IMG/VR virus record: IMGVR_UViG_3300032249_001461
Span: 35,935-99,934 of that record
Length of the DNA: 64,000 bases
DNA from: a virus
Direction: 5' to 3' (one strand)
Shown: piece after piece, positions 1 through 7,676 of the stretch
How positions within the stretch are numbered: position 1 is the first letter of the stretch
Layout of the letters: every line of letters starts with the position of its first letter
Translations under genes and position numbers: made by a program
The notes under the pieces: model-generated
Database searches by the model: none
Seen by the model: only the letters and a program-made list of their open reading frames with translations
What the model was told of the DNA's origin: nothing

Positions 1-66
1 GAACAAAAGAAGACGGCGCCATGCTTTTAGACATGGCGCCGTCTTTGTCTTTATGGAAAGGTCAGA

Positions 67-408
67 CTACTTGCAGCAGCAGTCGCACTTTTCCTTGCGG
101 CGCGACTCCAAGACGAGCGTCTTGGGCTTCTGGCAGCAGTCATCCTTGCACGAGCAAGAATCCTTGCAGCAATTCTTCGCCTCACGGGCTTCCTGGCGGT
201 CGGCCACGCGGTTGAGCCTGCGAACCTGCCAAGGGGCGAGCTTCACCACTCGGGCCTCTTCGCAGACTGTGGCTTGCACGACGGGTGCAGCGGACTGAAC
301 GGTGGTGGTCTTCAGAACGCTGACTGTGTCGTCGGCAGGTGTCGGTGTTCCCGCGTACGTGGTGGCTACGGAAACGGCAATTGCTAGGGCGGCGAAAATA
401 CTTCTCAT
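67..408 (-). CDS. small secreted Cys-rich protein
   Basis: GGAG RBS before ATG at 408; signal-peptide-like MRSIFAALAIAVSVATTYAG; Cys-rich C-terminus. Confidence 0.6.
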   Translation of the reverse strand: MRSIFAALAIAVSVATTYAGTPTPADDTVSVLKTTTVQSAAPVVQATVCEEARVVKLAPWQVRRLNRVADRQEAREAKNCCKDSCSCKDDCCQKPKTLVLESRRKEKCDCCCK

Positions 409-526
409 TAAAAAATCTCCTGTTGTTTGGACACCGAACCATTCGGCGAACAACATGATTATAGTCCAAACCCCGCAAAAGTAAAGAATTATTTTGGGCA
501 ATTAGGGCAAGGTGGCGAATTGGAAA

Positions 527-1018
527 TCAGTAGTTTTTAGAAACTTTCGCGGATACATGGACGACCGTTGATTTGGATGCTATTTCTGCACAAACTTCGC
601 CGTTAGAAGTATTGAAGCTAGTGATCTTCCACGGGGCGGTCAAGTTTTCAAAATACCTTCGTGTCAGGTTGGGGCTTCCTTTTTCGTCGTACGAAGCGGC
701 GGAGGGAGCGGGGGGCGAAAGTTTGCTTTTGAGGGTTTGAATGCCAATTCCGAGTGCGTTTGCCGCCTTCCTTTGGCTGCCTCCTTGCTCCTCGACCGCC
801 TTTGTGATCCTGGCTGCCTCAAGATCGGCGTTGCTGGCGGCCACCGGAGGGCGGGAATATGAGGATGACCCGAGCATGGAAATGAAGGCCTTTTTGTTGA
901 GTTTCTGATTTCCTTTGCACGCACCCCTGTTTTCTTGATATGAGGATTCGCGTCCGCCCAAAGAAAGCATGGCTCTTTCTAGGACGCACTCCTTGTATTT
1001 CTGTCCGGGCTTGCACAT
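527..1018 (-). CDS. Fis-type helix-turn-helix DNA-binding protein
   Basis: ITKAVEEQGGSQRKAANALGIGIQTLKSKL resembles a Fis/HTH_8 motif; TATATA 5 nt upstream of ATG. Confidence 0.6.
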   Translation of the reverse strand: MCKPGQKYKECVLERAMLSLGGRESSYQENRGACKGNQKLNKKAFISMLGSSSYSRPPVAASNADLEAARITKAVEEQGGSQRKAANALGIGIQTLKSKLSPPAPSAASYDEKGSPNLTRRYFENLTAPWKITSFNTSNGEVCAEIASKSTVVHVSAKVSKNY

Positions 1019-1051
1019 GCCAATATATAGTGATCGGAGCTATCTTATTCC

Positions 1052-1333
1052 ATGGGCTCTGCAATAAGGCAAGACAGCTACTGGTATGCGGACGGCGAGG
1101 GTGACGAGGCCAAGATGAAGGCCTTGTGCGTAATGTGCGCCAAGAAGCAGAACAAGGGATGGTTTTGGGAGGGGAAGGTTTTGGGCTACGGCGATTACGA
1201 CCTCTTCTGCAGCTCGTGCGGTAATGCCATCCACATCAGGGGGAATATTGAAACTCAAGCCGATAATAAAACTGAACGACAGCAAGAGCCATCTGGTGCC
1301 GTGGATACTGGACAAGTTTCCCGAGGGCTATAG
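1052..1333 (+). CDS. small Zn-ribbon protein
   Basis: two CxxC pairs (CVMC, CSSC). Confidence 0.5.
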   Translation: MGSAIRQDSYWYADGEGDEAKMKALCVMCAKKQNKGWFWEGKVLGYGDYDLFCSSCGNAIHIRGNIETQADNKTERQQEPSGAVDTGQVSRGL

Positions 1334-1967
1334 AAGCATGACATATCTAGAGCCGTTTCTTGGCTCTGGATCTGTGTTGCTCAACAAGGATCCATCCGCG
1401 GAGGAGGTTGCAAACGACACAGACGCAGGAATGGTCGATCTTTGGAGGGCGGTTCGGGACGAGCCAAAGGCCTTTGTCTCAAAAACGAGGAGGATGGAAT
1501 ACAAGGAATCAACCTTCTCCAGATGCCAGAAGTCCGTCAGCGCTGATTATCTGGATCGGGCCTTGTGCGAGTTTGCCATGAGGCAGATGAGCAAGAGCGG
1601 ACTTAAAAAGACATTCCTTCCAAAGGACGGAAATGTCAAATGCAAGGACTGCTGGCACTCCATTTTGGAGAAGGTTCCTGCGGTGCAGGAAAGGATCAGA
1701 AGCGTTCATTTCCTAAATAAGGACGCTCTTTCGATAATAAGGTCTTTCAGCCACGAGAACTGCCTTGTCTACTGTGATCCGCCCGCCCCCGAGGACGGCG
1801 GACCCATGGATTCAAACAGGCACATAGAGCTCAACGAACTTCTGAAGGAGTTCAGGGGAAAAGTGATAATTTCGGCCCACAATTGCGCTTTGTACAAGAG
1901 GCTTTACGCCGGCTGGGCGAGAAAGGGCGTGCCGGGAAGGAACGAGTCCATATGGCTCAATTTTTGA
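1248..1967 (+). CDS. Dam-like (D12 class) DNA adenine methyltransferase with altered catalytic motif
   Basis: KPIIK start, YLEPFLGSGSV motif I, EVAND, NKDAL, VYCDPPA; probable TTG start at 1248. Confidence 0.75.
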   Translation: MKLKPIIKLNDSKSHLVPWILDKFPEGYRSMTYLEPFLGSGSVLLNKDPSAEEVANDTDAGMVDLWRAVRDEPKAFVSKTRRMEYKESTFSRCQKSVSADYLDRALCEFAMRQMSKSGLKKTFLPKDGNVKCKDCWHSILEKVPAVQERIRSVHFLNKDALSIIRSFSHENCLVYCDPPAPEDGGPMDSNRHIELNELLKEFRGKVIISAHNCALYKRLYAGWARKGVPGRNESIWLNF

Positions 1968-1978
1968 ATTCCGGGCAC

Positions 1979-1984
1979 TAGATA
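1979..1984 (+). promoter_or_regulatory. TANATA putative late promoter (representative instance)
   Basis: TAGATA 5 nt before ATG 1990; same geometry at 1018, 5526, 18451, 23530, 51155, 51171, 51696, 59525, 60330. Confidence 0.6.
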
Positions 1985-1989
1985 GTTCC

Positions 1990-2262
1990 ATGTTTAGCTT
2001 CCGTGAATTCCGCGAGAAAAAGGACGAAACCAAGGCCCTGGAAGTCGTAATGAAGGGCATGAACCTTCAGAGCGACGGCGATTTCTGGGACGGTTTCTTG
2101 AGCCTTTGCGGCAACGCAGACGGAATGGCATTGCTCCTCGATGTGCCCAGAGAAAAGGTGACCGCGTTGGCGGGCAGGATCGGAAGGCTCAAGGGGATGG
2201 TCGGCGATGACGACAACCAAGCAACGAAGGACAGACTAATAAAAACTGGGGGAGATGTATGA
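1990..2262 (+). CDS. hypothetical protein, putative internal head protein
   Basis: N-terminal MFSFREFRE capsid-targeting-like motif; first of five ATGA-coupled genes. Confidence 0.6.
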   Translation: MFSFREFREKKDETKALEVVMKGMNLQSDGDFWDGFLSLCGNADGMALLLDVPREKVTALAGRIGRLKGMVGDDDNQATKDRLIKTGGDV

Positions 2263-2594
2263 AGAGCATAAGAGAGTGGAGGGAGGAGAATGGGATGAAT
2301 GAGGCTTCGGGGATGGCGGGATCCAATCCATTCAGCAATGCGGCATTCCGCAACGTGATGGGCGGAGGAGAAGTAGACCCCGCGATCAAGCTCAAGCTCA
2401 GGTCGCGCATTTTGGATTTGGTAAAGGAATTCCCGGAGATGGGACAGGCTCAACTATTCCAGTCCATCATGTCGGTCGTCGGTCAGATTCTGACGCATGG
2501 TTCTGGAAGCAAGGTTTCTGCGGGGAATCTTTACGGCAAACTCAACAACGGCGCGCCACAAGGCCAGCCGAACAATCAGGAGGCAATGAAATGA
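2259..2594 (+). CDS. hypothetical protein, putative internal head protein
   Basis: MKSIREWREE; similar to the next ORF. Confidence 0.65.
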   Translation: MKSIREWREENGMNEASGMAGSNPFSNAAFRNVMGGGEVDPAIKLKLRSRILDLVKEFPEMGQAQLFQSIMSVVGQILTHGSGSKVSAGNLYGKLNNGAPQGQPNNQEAMK

Positions 2595-2929
2595 AATCGA
2601 TAAGAGAATGGATGAAGGAGAGGGGAATCGTCAGCGAGGACATGAACAAGATGGCCTTTTCCAGGTTCATGCGCGATCCGGGCGACGCGGGGACTACGAT
2701 GGAATTGGACACTTCGTTGAAGTCCAAGCTTAATCCTGTGATAGATCGCATCATGAAGATGGAGGAGTTTGCGGACGAGGATCCCGAGACCCTCCTCAGG
2801 CAGATCATGGCGGTCGTTTCCGCGAGGCTCGCGGGCATGTCGGGCAGCACGCTGTCGACGAGCAGGGTCGTTGACAAGATGAACAGGCTCGGAAACAACG
2901 ACGAGCCGATAGCCCGAGAGGTTGGATGA
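2591..2929 (+). CDS. hypothetical protein, putative internal head protein (paralog of 2259..2594)
   Basis: MKSIREWMKE; shared AF..M, K.KL...I, IM.VV motifs. Confidence 0.65.
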   Translation: MKSIREWMKERGIVSEDMNKMAFSRFMRDPGDAGTTMELDTSLKSKLNPVIDRIMKMEEFADEDPETLLRQIMAVVSARLAGMSGSTLSTSRVVDKMNRLGNNDEPIAREVG

Positions 2930-3225
2930 TACCTTCTTTCCTTTCTTGGATGGAGAGCGACGAGGTCTCCCCCCTCACGGAGCCCCAGCACAAGCGTGGC
3001 GAGGGCGGGATGAGGCTTGATGCCATAGTTGAACGCCGTATGAAGCAGATCATCATGGATTTGGAAAGTTCGGGCAAGGGCACGCAAGAGGAGATTCTCG
3101 CCGCGGTGCAGAAGTACCTTTCTACGAAGGGAGTGAAGGGCAACCAGGCTCCACAGCAACAGAACCAGCAGGCACAGGAGCCGGCCCCCAACCAGCAGGC
3201 CCAGTCGGGAGACGCGGTAATATGA
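2926..3225 (+). CDS. hypothetical protein, putative internal head protein
   Basis: MIPSFLSWMES; Gln-rich tail. Confidence 0.6.
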   Translation: MIPSFLSWMESDEVSPLTEPQHKRGEGGMRLDAIVERRMKQIIMDLESSGKGTQEEILAAVQKYLSTKGVKGNQAPQQQNQQAQEPAPNQQAQSGDAVI

Positions 3226-3557
3226 AGAAGTTTTCGCAGTGGATGGAAGAAAACCACGGCAGGGACGAAAAATGGCTCGGCCAGGAGAGGGCGAGGCTCA
3301 TGAAATGGCCCCGCGAAGACCTAATAGCCTGGCTCAGGTGGAACGACCCCAACGGCTCCTTTACCGACGAGGACGCCGAAGCCGAGGGCATGGATCCCTT
3401 GGACGTCGAAGGCGCCGTAGAAATCATCATGCAGCACGTTGAGGAGAACCTCGAGACCCCCGAGGAGATGAGGGCGGCCTCGTCGAGACAGGCCTATCGC
3501 CAGCCCGCCATGCCCCTGGCTTGGGATGCGAAGGGGCTTATGTCCCGTTCCCGCTGA
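3222..3557 (+). CDS. hypothetical protein, putative internal head protein
   Basis: MKKFSQWMEE; WSREDLIAWLxWNDPNG-like motif. Confidence 0.6.
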   Translation: MKKFSQWMEENHGRDEKWLGQERARLMKWPREDLIAWLRWNDPNGSFTDEDAEAEGMDPLDVEGAVEIIMQHVEENLETPEEMRAASSRQAYRQPAMPLAWDAKGLMSRSR

Positions 3558-3560
3558 AAT

Positions 3561-4841
3561 TCAAAGAGCCTTTTCTATGAATCCGACCGCTTCATCCACG
3601 TCCATCTTGGAGAACGTGAGATGAGGCCTGAATCGCACCGACTTCTTGCCGCACGGCAGGGCAAGCACGTTCTCCTCAAGTCGCGTGAGGAACGAGTTTC
3701 TTTTGTCTGTGGAGCCAAAGTCAAATGACAACATCAGGCCTCTGCCTCTGATGTTGCTCACTTTTCCGTGCAAATGCTTGAGGCAAGAAAGAAAGTATTC
3801 CCCGACCTCCTTCGCATTTGACACAAGGTCGTCCTCCTGGATGATCTCCATCTGCATGGTGGATCTGACCATGTCCACTATGTTTCCTCCCCATGTGGAG
3901 TTTATTCTTGATGGCTCCGTGAAGACGTTGTCCTTTACCTCGTCCAGTCTTTCCCCGCCGCATATCCCGCAAACCTGAACCTTCTTTCCGAAGCACATGA
4001 TGTCGGGCTTTATGTCAAAATGCTGGTAAGCCCATGTCTTGCCCGTCATGCCCATTCCCGTCTGTACCTCGTCGAAAATGAGAAGGCATTCTTTTTCATC
4101 GGCAAGTCTTCTCAATGCGCTGAAGAATTCGTATCTGAAGTGGTTGTCTCCGCCCTCGCCCTGTATCGGCTCAAGGATGATTGCCGCCACATTTCCGCTC
4201 TCAAGAGCCTTTTTCGCTTCGTTTATCGCTATGGTCTCGGAGTTCCTGGCCTTTATTTCATCGACGCCGTCGAGATTGTGCCACGCCTTGGGATTGTGGA
4301 TTTTCTTCCAGTTGAACTTGGGAAATCCGTAGGTCTTTGGATTCTTTGGGTCCCCGTTGTTCGTCATGCTCATGGCGTATCCGCTTCTGCCGTGGACGGC
4401 CTCGTTCATGTATACGACCTGCAGGCTGTTGTATGCCTTGTCCTCGCTTATTCCCATCTTCTTTGCCTTCCAGTCGAATGCAGCCTTCAGTGCGTTTTCC
4501 ACAGCGAGAGCTCCGCCGCAGATGTAGAAGTGGTGCGGAAAGTCGCGGGTGAATTCCGAGAACTTATTCACGAAGTCCGCGAACTGCGTGGTGTACATGT
4601 CGGAGTTCGCAACTTTGTTCACCGCGGCGTCCGAAAGCCTTTCCTTCTGGCAGGTCATCTTCGGGTGGTTCCACCCGAGAGCCTGGCTCGCAAACTGCGA
4701 GAAGCAGTCCAGGTACTGCCTTCCCGTTCTCTCGTCCACAACCCACGATCCCTGGCTTCTTTTCAGATCTACGACTATCGCATTCTTGTCTATGAGAAGT
4801 TTTGAGCCAAGAACACTTATGACGTCGTTTGGATCTGTCAT
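3561..4841 (-). CDS. lat: L-lysine 6-transaminase (class III PLP aminotransferase)
   Basis: YLDCFSQFASQALGWNHP, GALAVENALKAAFDWK, EPIQGEGGDNHF, FDEVQTG, FGKK, SRINSTWGGN; start ATG 4841 overlaps the upstream stop. Confidence 0.9.
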   Translation of the reverse strand: MTDPNDVISVLGSKLLIDKNAIVVDLKRSQGSWVVDERTGRQYLDCFSQFASQALGWNHPKMTCQKERLSDAAVNKVANSDMYTTQFADFVNKFSEFTRDFPHHFYICGGALAVENALKAAFDWKAKKMGISEDKAYNSLQVVYMNEAVHGRSGYAMSMTNNGDPKNPKTYGFPKFNWKKIHNPKAWHNLDGVDEIKARNSETIAINEAKKALESGNVAAIILEPIQGEGGDNHFRYEFFSALRRLADEKECLLIFDEVQTGMGMTGKTWAYQHFDIKPDIMCFGKKVQVCGICGGERLDEVKDNVFTEPSRINSTWGGNIVDMVRSTMQMEIIQEDDLVSNAKEVGEYFLSCLKHLHGKVSNIRGRGLMLSFDFGSTDKRNSFLTRLEENVLALPCGKKSVRFRPHLTFSKMDVDEAVGFIEKAL

Positions 4842-5170
4842 GGAACCTCGTATTTGAGTCGGAAGTCGCTCATCAGGATTGTTTCTGCATAGTCGTATAG
4901 GCACTTCTCATTTTTGTCATCTATTTGCCTTAATCTATATACGGCCACCCGCTGATTTCCGTCCAGGTGTCCTCCCGTCAGGTATTCTATCAGCTTCTCC
5001 CCCAGGGTCTCCCTTTCCATCTCGTTTCCGTCCACGATTCTTTTGAGTATCTTCGGGGGTTTGTTGCCGTTTATCTCTATGGCTATGTCAAGGCAGCCGT
5101 CGGCCGGACCCCCTACGAGCATGGCGTCCCATTCGTATCCGTACCCCTCATCGTCCTTGATCATATCCAC
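4838..5170 (-). CDS. hypothetical protein
   Basis: ORF coupled to its neighbours; LVGGPADG motif. Confidence 0.6.
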   Translation of the reverse strand: MDMIKDDEGYGYEWDAMLVGGPADGCLDIAIEINGNKPPKILKRIVDGNEMERETLGEKLIEYLTGGHLDGNQRVAVYRLRQIDDKNEKCLYDYAETILMSDFRLKYEVP

Positions 5171-5490
5171 CCCTCCAACGTGGCTCTCTTTATCTCTTCC
5201 GTCGTGACTTTTCTGCCGAGGGCTTCCGAAACGCTTTTGATGAACTCTCTTTCTATCTTCTTCTGCTCCTCCACGAGGAAGTTTATCCCCTTGTGCTTGG
5301 CTTCTAGGAATCTGAGTACGTCTATTTTGAAATCAAGCTTTTTGCCGTCTATGAAAACGGCCTTTTCAACGCCGTCCTCCTGTGGGTTCGGCCCCAGCGG
5401 ACGCATTTTCACTTCAAATTTTCGCTTGAAGTTGCCCTTGGCATCTAGCGGGGGTATTTCGCCTATCATCTTTGTTCTGTCCTGTTCCAT
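5161..5490 (-). CDS. hypothetical protein
   Basis: ORF with TATAAT just upstream of ATG. Confidence 0.6.
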   Translation of the reverse strand: MEQDRTKMIGEIPPLDAKGNFKRKFEVKMRPLGPNPQEDGVEKAVFIDGKKLDFKIDVLRFLEAKHKGINFLVEEQKKIEREFIKSVSEALGRKVTTEEIKRATLEGWI

Positions 5491-5525
5491 GTCTTATTAT
5501 AGTTCAATTAGAGCCTATATACTGC

Positions 5526-6026
5526 ATGTTGTGGATTGAATCTTCCCTGAAAGACCTGTATAAGAGCTCCGAGGATGCTTTCCCCGGCACCAGGATGAGG
5601 CAATATGCGACCCAGCCCGTGAGGGTGGAACATCTGGAGTGGGTGCCTTTTCTCGGGGTGGGAACGCTTTTCGTCAAGGCCACGGTGAGAAACGAGGGCA
5701 GGAAGAACGAATCCATAATGCTTTTCAAGGGGGTGGGCTACGGAGACGAAAAGGGCAGGATTCCCCTCATTGACTCCTCGGGCAGGAAGGTCTTTCTGAA
5801 GAGGCTTTCGGAGGCGGAGGGCGACGTGCTCGTCAGGTGCTCGTGCGGAGACTTCTTCAACAGATTCAACTACTACAACAGCCTTGATGGCTCCCTGTTT
5901 GGAAGAAAAAGACGGAAGTACGAGGGGAGGGGGCTGTGGGAGGCAAATCCCAATGGTCTGCCCGGCATGTGCAAGCATTTGATGAAGATGACCTTGGTTT
6001 TGCGCGAATCGGGACTGTTGGTCTAG
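5526..6026 (+). CDS. SWIM-type Zn-finger phage protein
   Basis: VRCSCGDF...GMCKHL; TATATA 4 nt before ATG 5526. Confidence 0.65.
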   Translation: MLWIESSLKDLYKSSEDAFPGTRMRQYATQPVRVEHLEWVPFLGVGTLFVKATVRNEGRKNESIMLFKGVGYGDEKGRIPLIDSSGRKVFLKRLSEAEGDVLVRCSCGDFFNRFNYYNSLDGSLFGRKRRKYEGRGLWEANPNGLPGMCKHLMKMTLVLRESGLLV

Positions 6027-6060
6027 TAAAGTCTTCAGCGGCTCGAATATATAATCAAGC

Positions 6061-6624
6061 ATGACACACATGATCAATCCGAAGATAACGCCCTCCCAGA
6101 GATTTCTCATAATAGGAACCATCCTTGGGGGGAGCTCTATAATCAAGCCCACGAAGGGCAAGAACTGCTATATGTCCATGAGGGAAAAGGACTTTTCCTG
6201 GCTCAAATTCAAGGCGGAGCAACTGAAGGATCTTACCTCGCAGTCTCCAATGACCATTGAGAAGACGAACAGGTGGCATTCCGTGTGCTATCCGCTGTTC
6301 AACGAATACCACGCGATGTTCTACGAGGGAAAGGAGAGGGTGATCCGCACGGAAGCATTGAACCTGCTGCACGACTCCAGCATAGCCATATGGTTCGGCG
6401 ACGCGGGAAAGTGCAAAGGCGACAGCGTGATAATCAACACCAACATATGGGGCAAGAAGGGAACGGATGCGATAATCGAGTACTTCCGCAGCCTGGACTG
6501 GCAGTGCGACATTGTCATGGAAAGGAAAAACTACAGAATCGGACTGGACAGGGATTCTTCGAAGGAATTTCTCAAAATGGTTTCCTCGTATCTTCCAAAG
6601 GACAGGAAATGTGGAAGAGACTAG
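6061..6624 (+). CDS. free-standing LAGLIDADG homing endonuclease
   Basis: LIIGTILGGSSI and SIAIWFGDAG motifs, LAGLIDADG_2-like; first motif lacks the usual acidic residue. Confidence 0.75.
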   Translation: MTHMINPKITPSQRFLIIGTILGGSSIIKPTKGKNCYMSMREKDFSWLKFKAEQLKDLTSQSPMTIEKTNRWHSVCYPLFNEYHAMFYEGKERVIRTEALNLLHDSSIAIWFGDAGKCKGDSVIINTNIWGKKGTDAIIEYFRSLDWQCDIVMERKNYRIGLDRDSSKEFLKMVSSYLPKDRKCGRD

Positions 6625-7091
6625 GCAAGGACGGATCCAGGTGCTGGGGGTCTAGGGGAGCCGGCATTTTCTTCACCGACGGCCGCAAGGTTCTCTTGCT
6701 CAAGAGAAGCGAGAAGGGGGACGGGTTCGGAACATGGGGGCTTCCCGGAGGCAAGGTCGAGGAAGGGGAGACCGACATAGACGCCGCGATGCGAGAGGCC
6801 AAGGAGGAGTGCGGAAGGGTTGCGGGTCAGAGGTTCGGCGACCTTCGGGAAAAGGACGGCATGCACGAGTGGACGACCTTCTTATTCAGGGTTGACAAGC
6901 CATTCAAGTGCAGGCTCAGTGATGAGCACAGCGACTGGAAATGGGTCAAATTCAAATCTCTGGACGATTACGAGCTGCACCCAAAACTGAAGGAGAATCT
7001 GGACAGGCATCTGAAGGCGGTGAAAAAGTCCGCGGGGAAAGGAGTCATTAAATTCAGAGAATGGCTTGAATTCAGATGCGATAGACGCTGA
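6609..7091 (+). CDS. NUDIX hydrolase
   Basis: WGLPGGKVEEGETDIDAAMREAKEECG Nudix box; LSDEHSDWKW. Confidence 0.9.
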   Translation: MWKRLGKDGSRCWGSRGAGIFFTDGRKVLLLKRSEKGDGFGTWGLPGGKVEEGETDIDAAMREAKEECGRVAGQRFGDLREKDGMHEWTTFLFRVDKPFKCRLSDEHSDWKWVKFKSLDDYELHPKLKENLDRHLKAVKKSAGKGVIKFREWLEFRCDRR

Positions 7092-7120
7092 ATTCCTGAT
7101 TCCCTTTCCTCCCTAAACCT

Positions 7121-7558
7121 TCAGTCCCTCACTATCGTTACGCCCGACATCGGATCTTCGGTAAGGAGCCTTTCCTTTTCTGTCCCGTTGGGATCCGCCT
7201 CGTTGAGGGGGAGATCTTCCAGAACCTTGTGCTCCACTTTGCCCGTCTTCGTTACCTGTTCGGGCTGATCCAGTATCAACTTGTTTTCCACTTTTTCCTC
7301 CTTATTTTCTTCGGCCAGGGTTCTTACCAGAACGGCCTCCCTCGGAACCATGGAAAGGAAATAGCTGTCGCCCTCCCAAGTGCCGTTGGGCTCGATCCAC
7401 CTCTTTCCGTCCTTTGATGCCTTCGGAAGTTCAAGCGAGGCAGAGGCATTTCTGTTCCTGAAGAGGTAGAGTCCAGTTCCCTTCTGGTAGTAGTCCAGAG
7501 TCTGCTTCTTCTGCTGTGTTCTTTCCAGCCTGCCGACCTTCTTGCTGGTTCTTTTCAT
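7121..7558 (-). CDS. hypothetical protein
   Basis: 145-aa ORF. Confidence 0.6.
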   Translation of the reverse strand: MKRTSKKVGRLERTQQKKQTLDYYQKGTGLYLFRNRNASASLELPKASKDGKRWIEPNGTWEGDSYFLSMVPREAVLVRTLAEENKEEKVENKLILDQPEQVTKTGKVEHKVLEDLPLNEADPNGTEKERLLTEDPMSGVTIVRD

Positions 7559-7676
7559 GTTTGCCTTTTAATTTGTGTCCAGACGATATATTAGAGTAGT
7601 TAGGAGAGAAAATGTCGAAAATTAAGCCCAAAAAGCGGACGGACATTGAATCAGGGAAGTTTCTAAAAGTTGATCC

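Noticed and set aside
9-46. Inverted repeat AAGACGGCGCCATG...CATGGCGCCGTCTT
   Set aside because: Probably an ordinary terminator for the minus-strand gene at the window edge; context is truncated, so it was not called.
6027-6624. Group I intron or intein hosting the LAGLIDADG ORF
   Set aside because: Flanking genes are complete and closely abutting; no splice motifs or split exons were seen.
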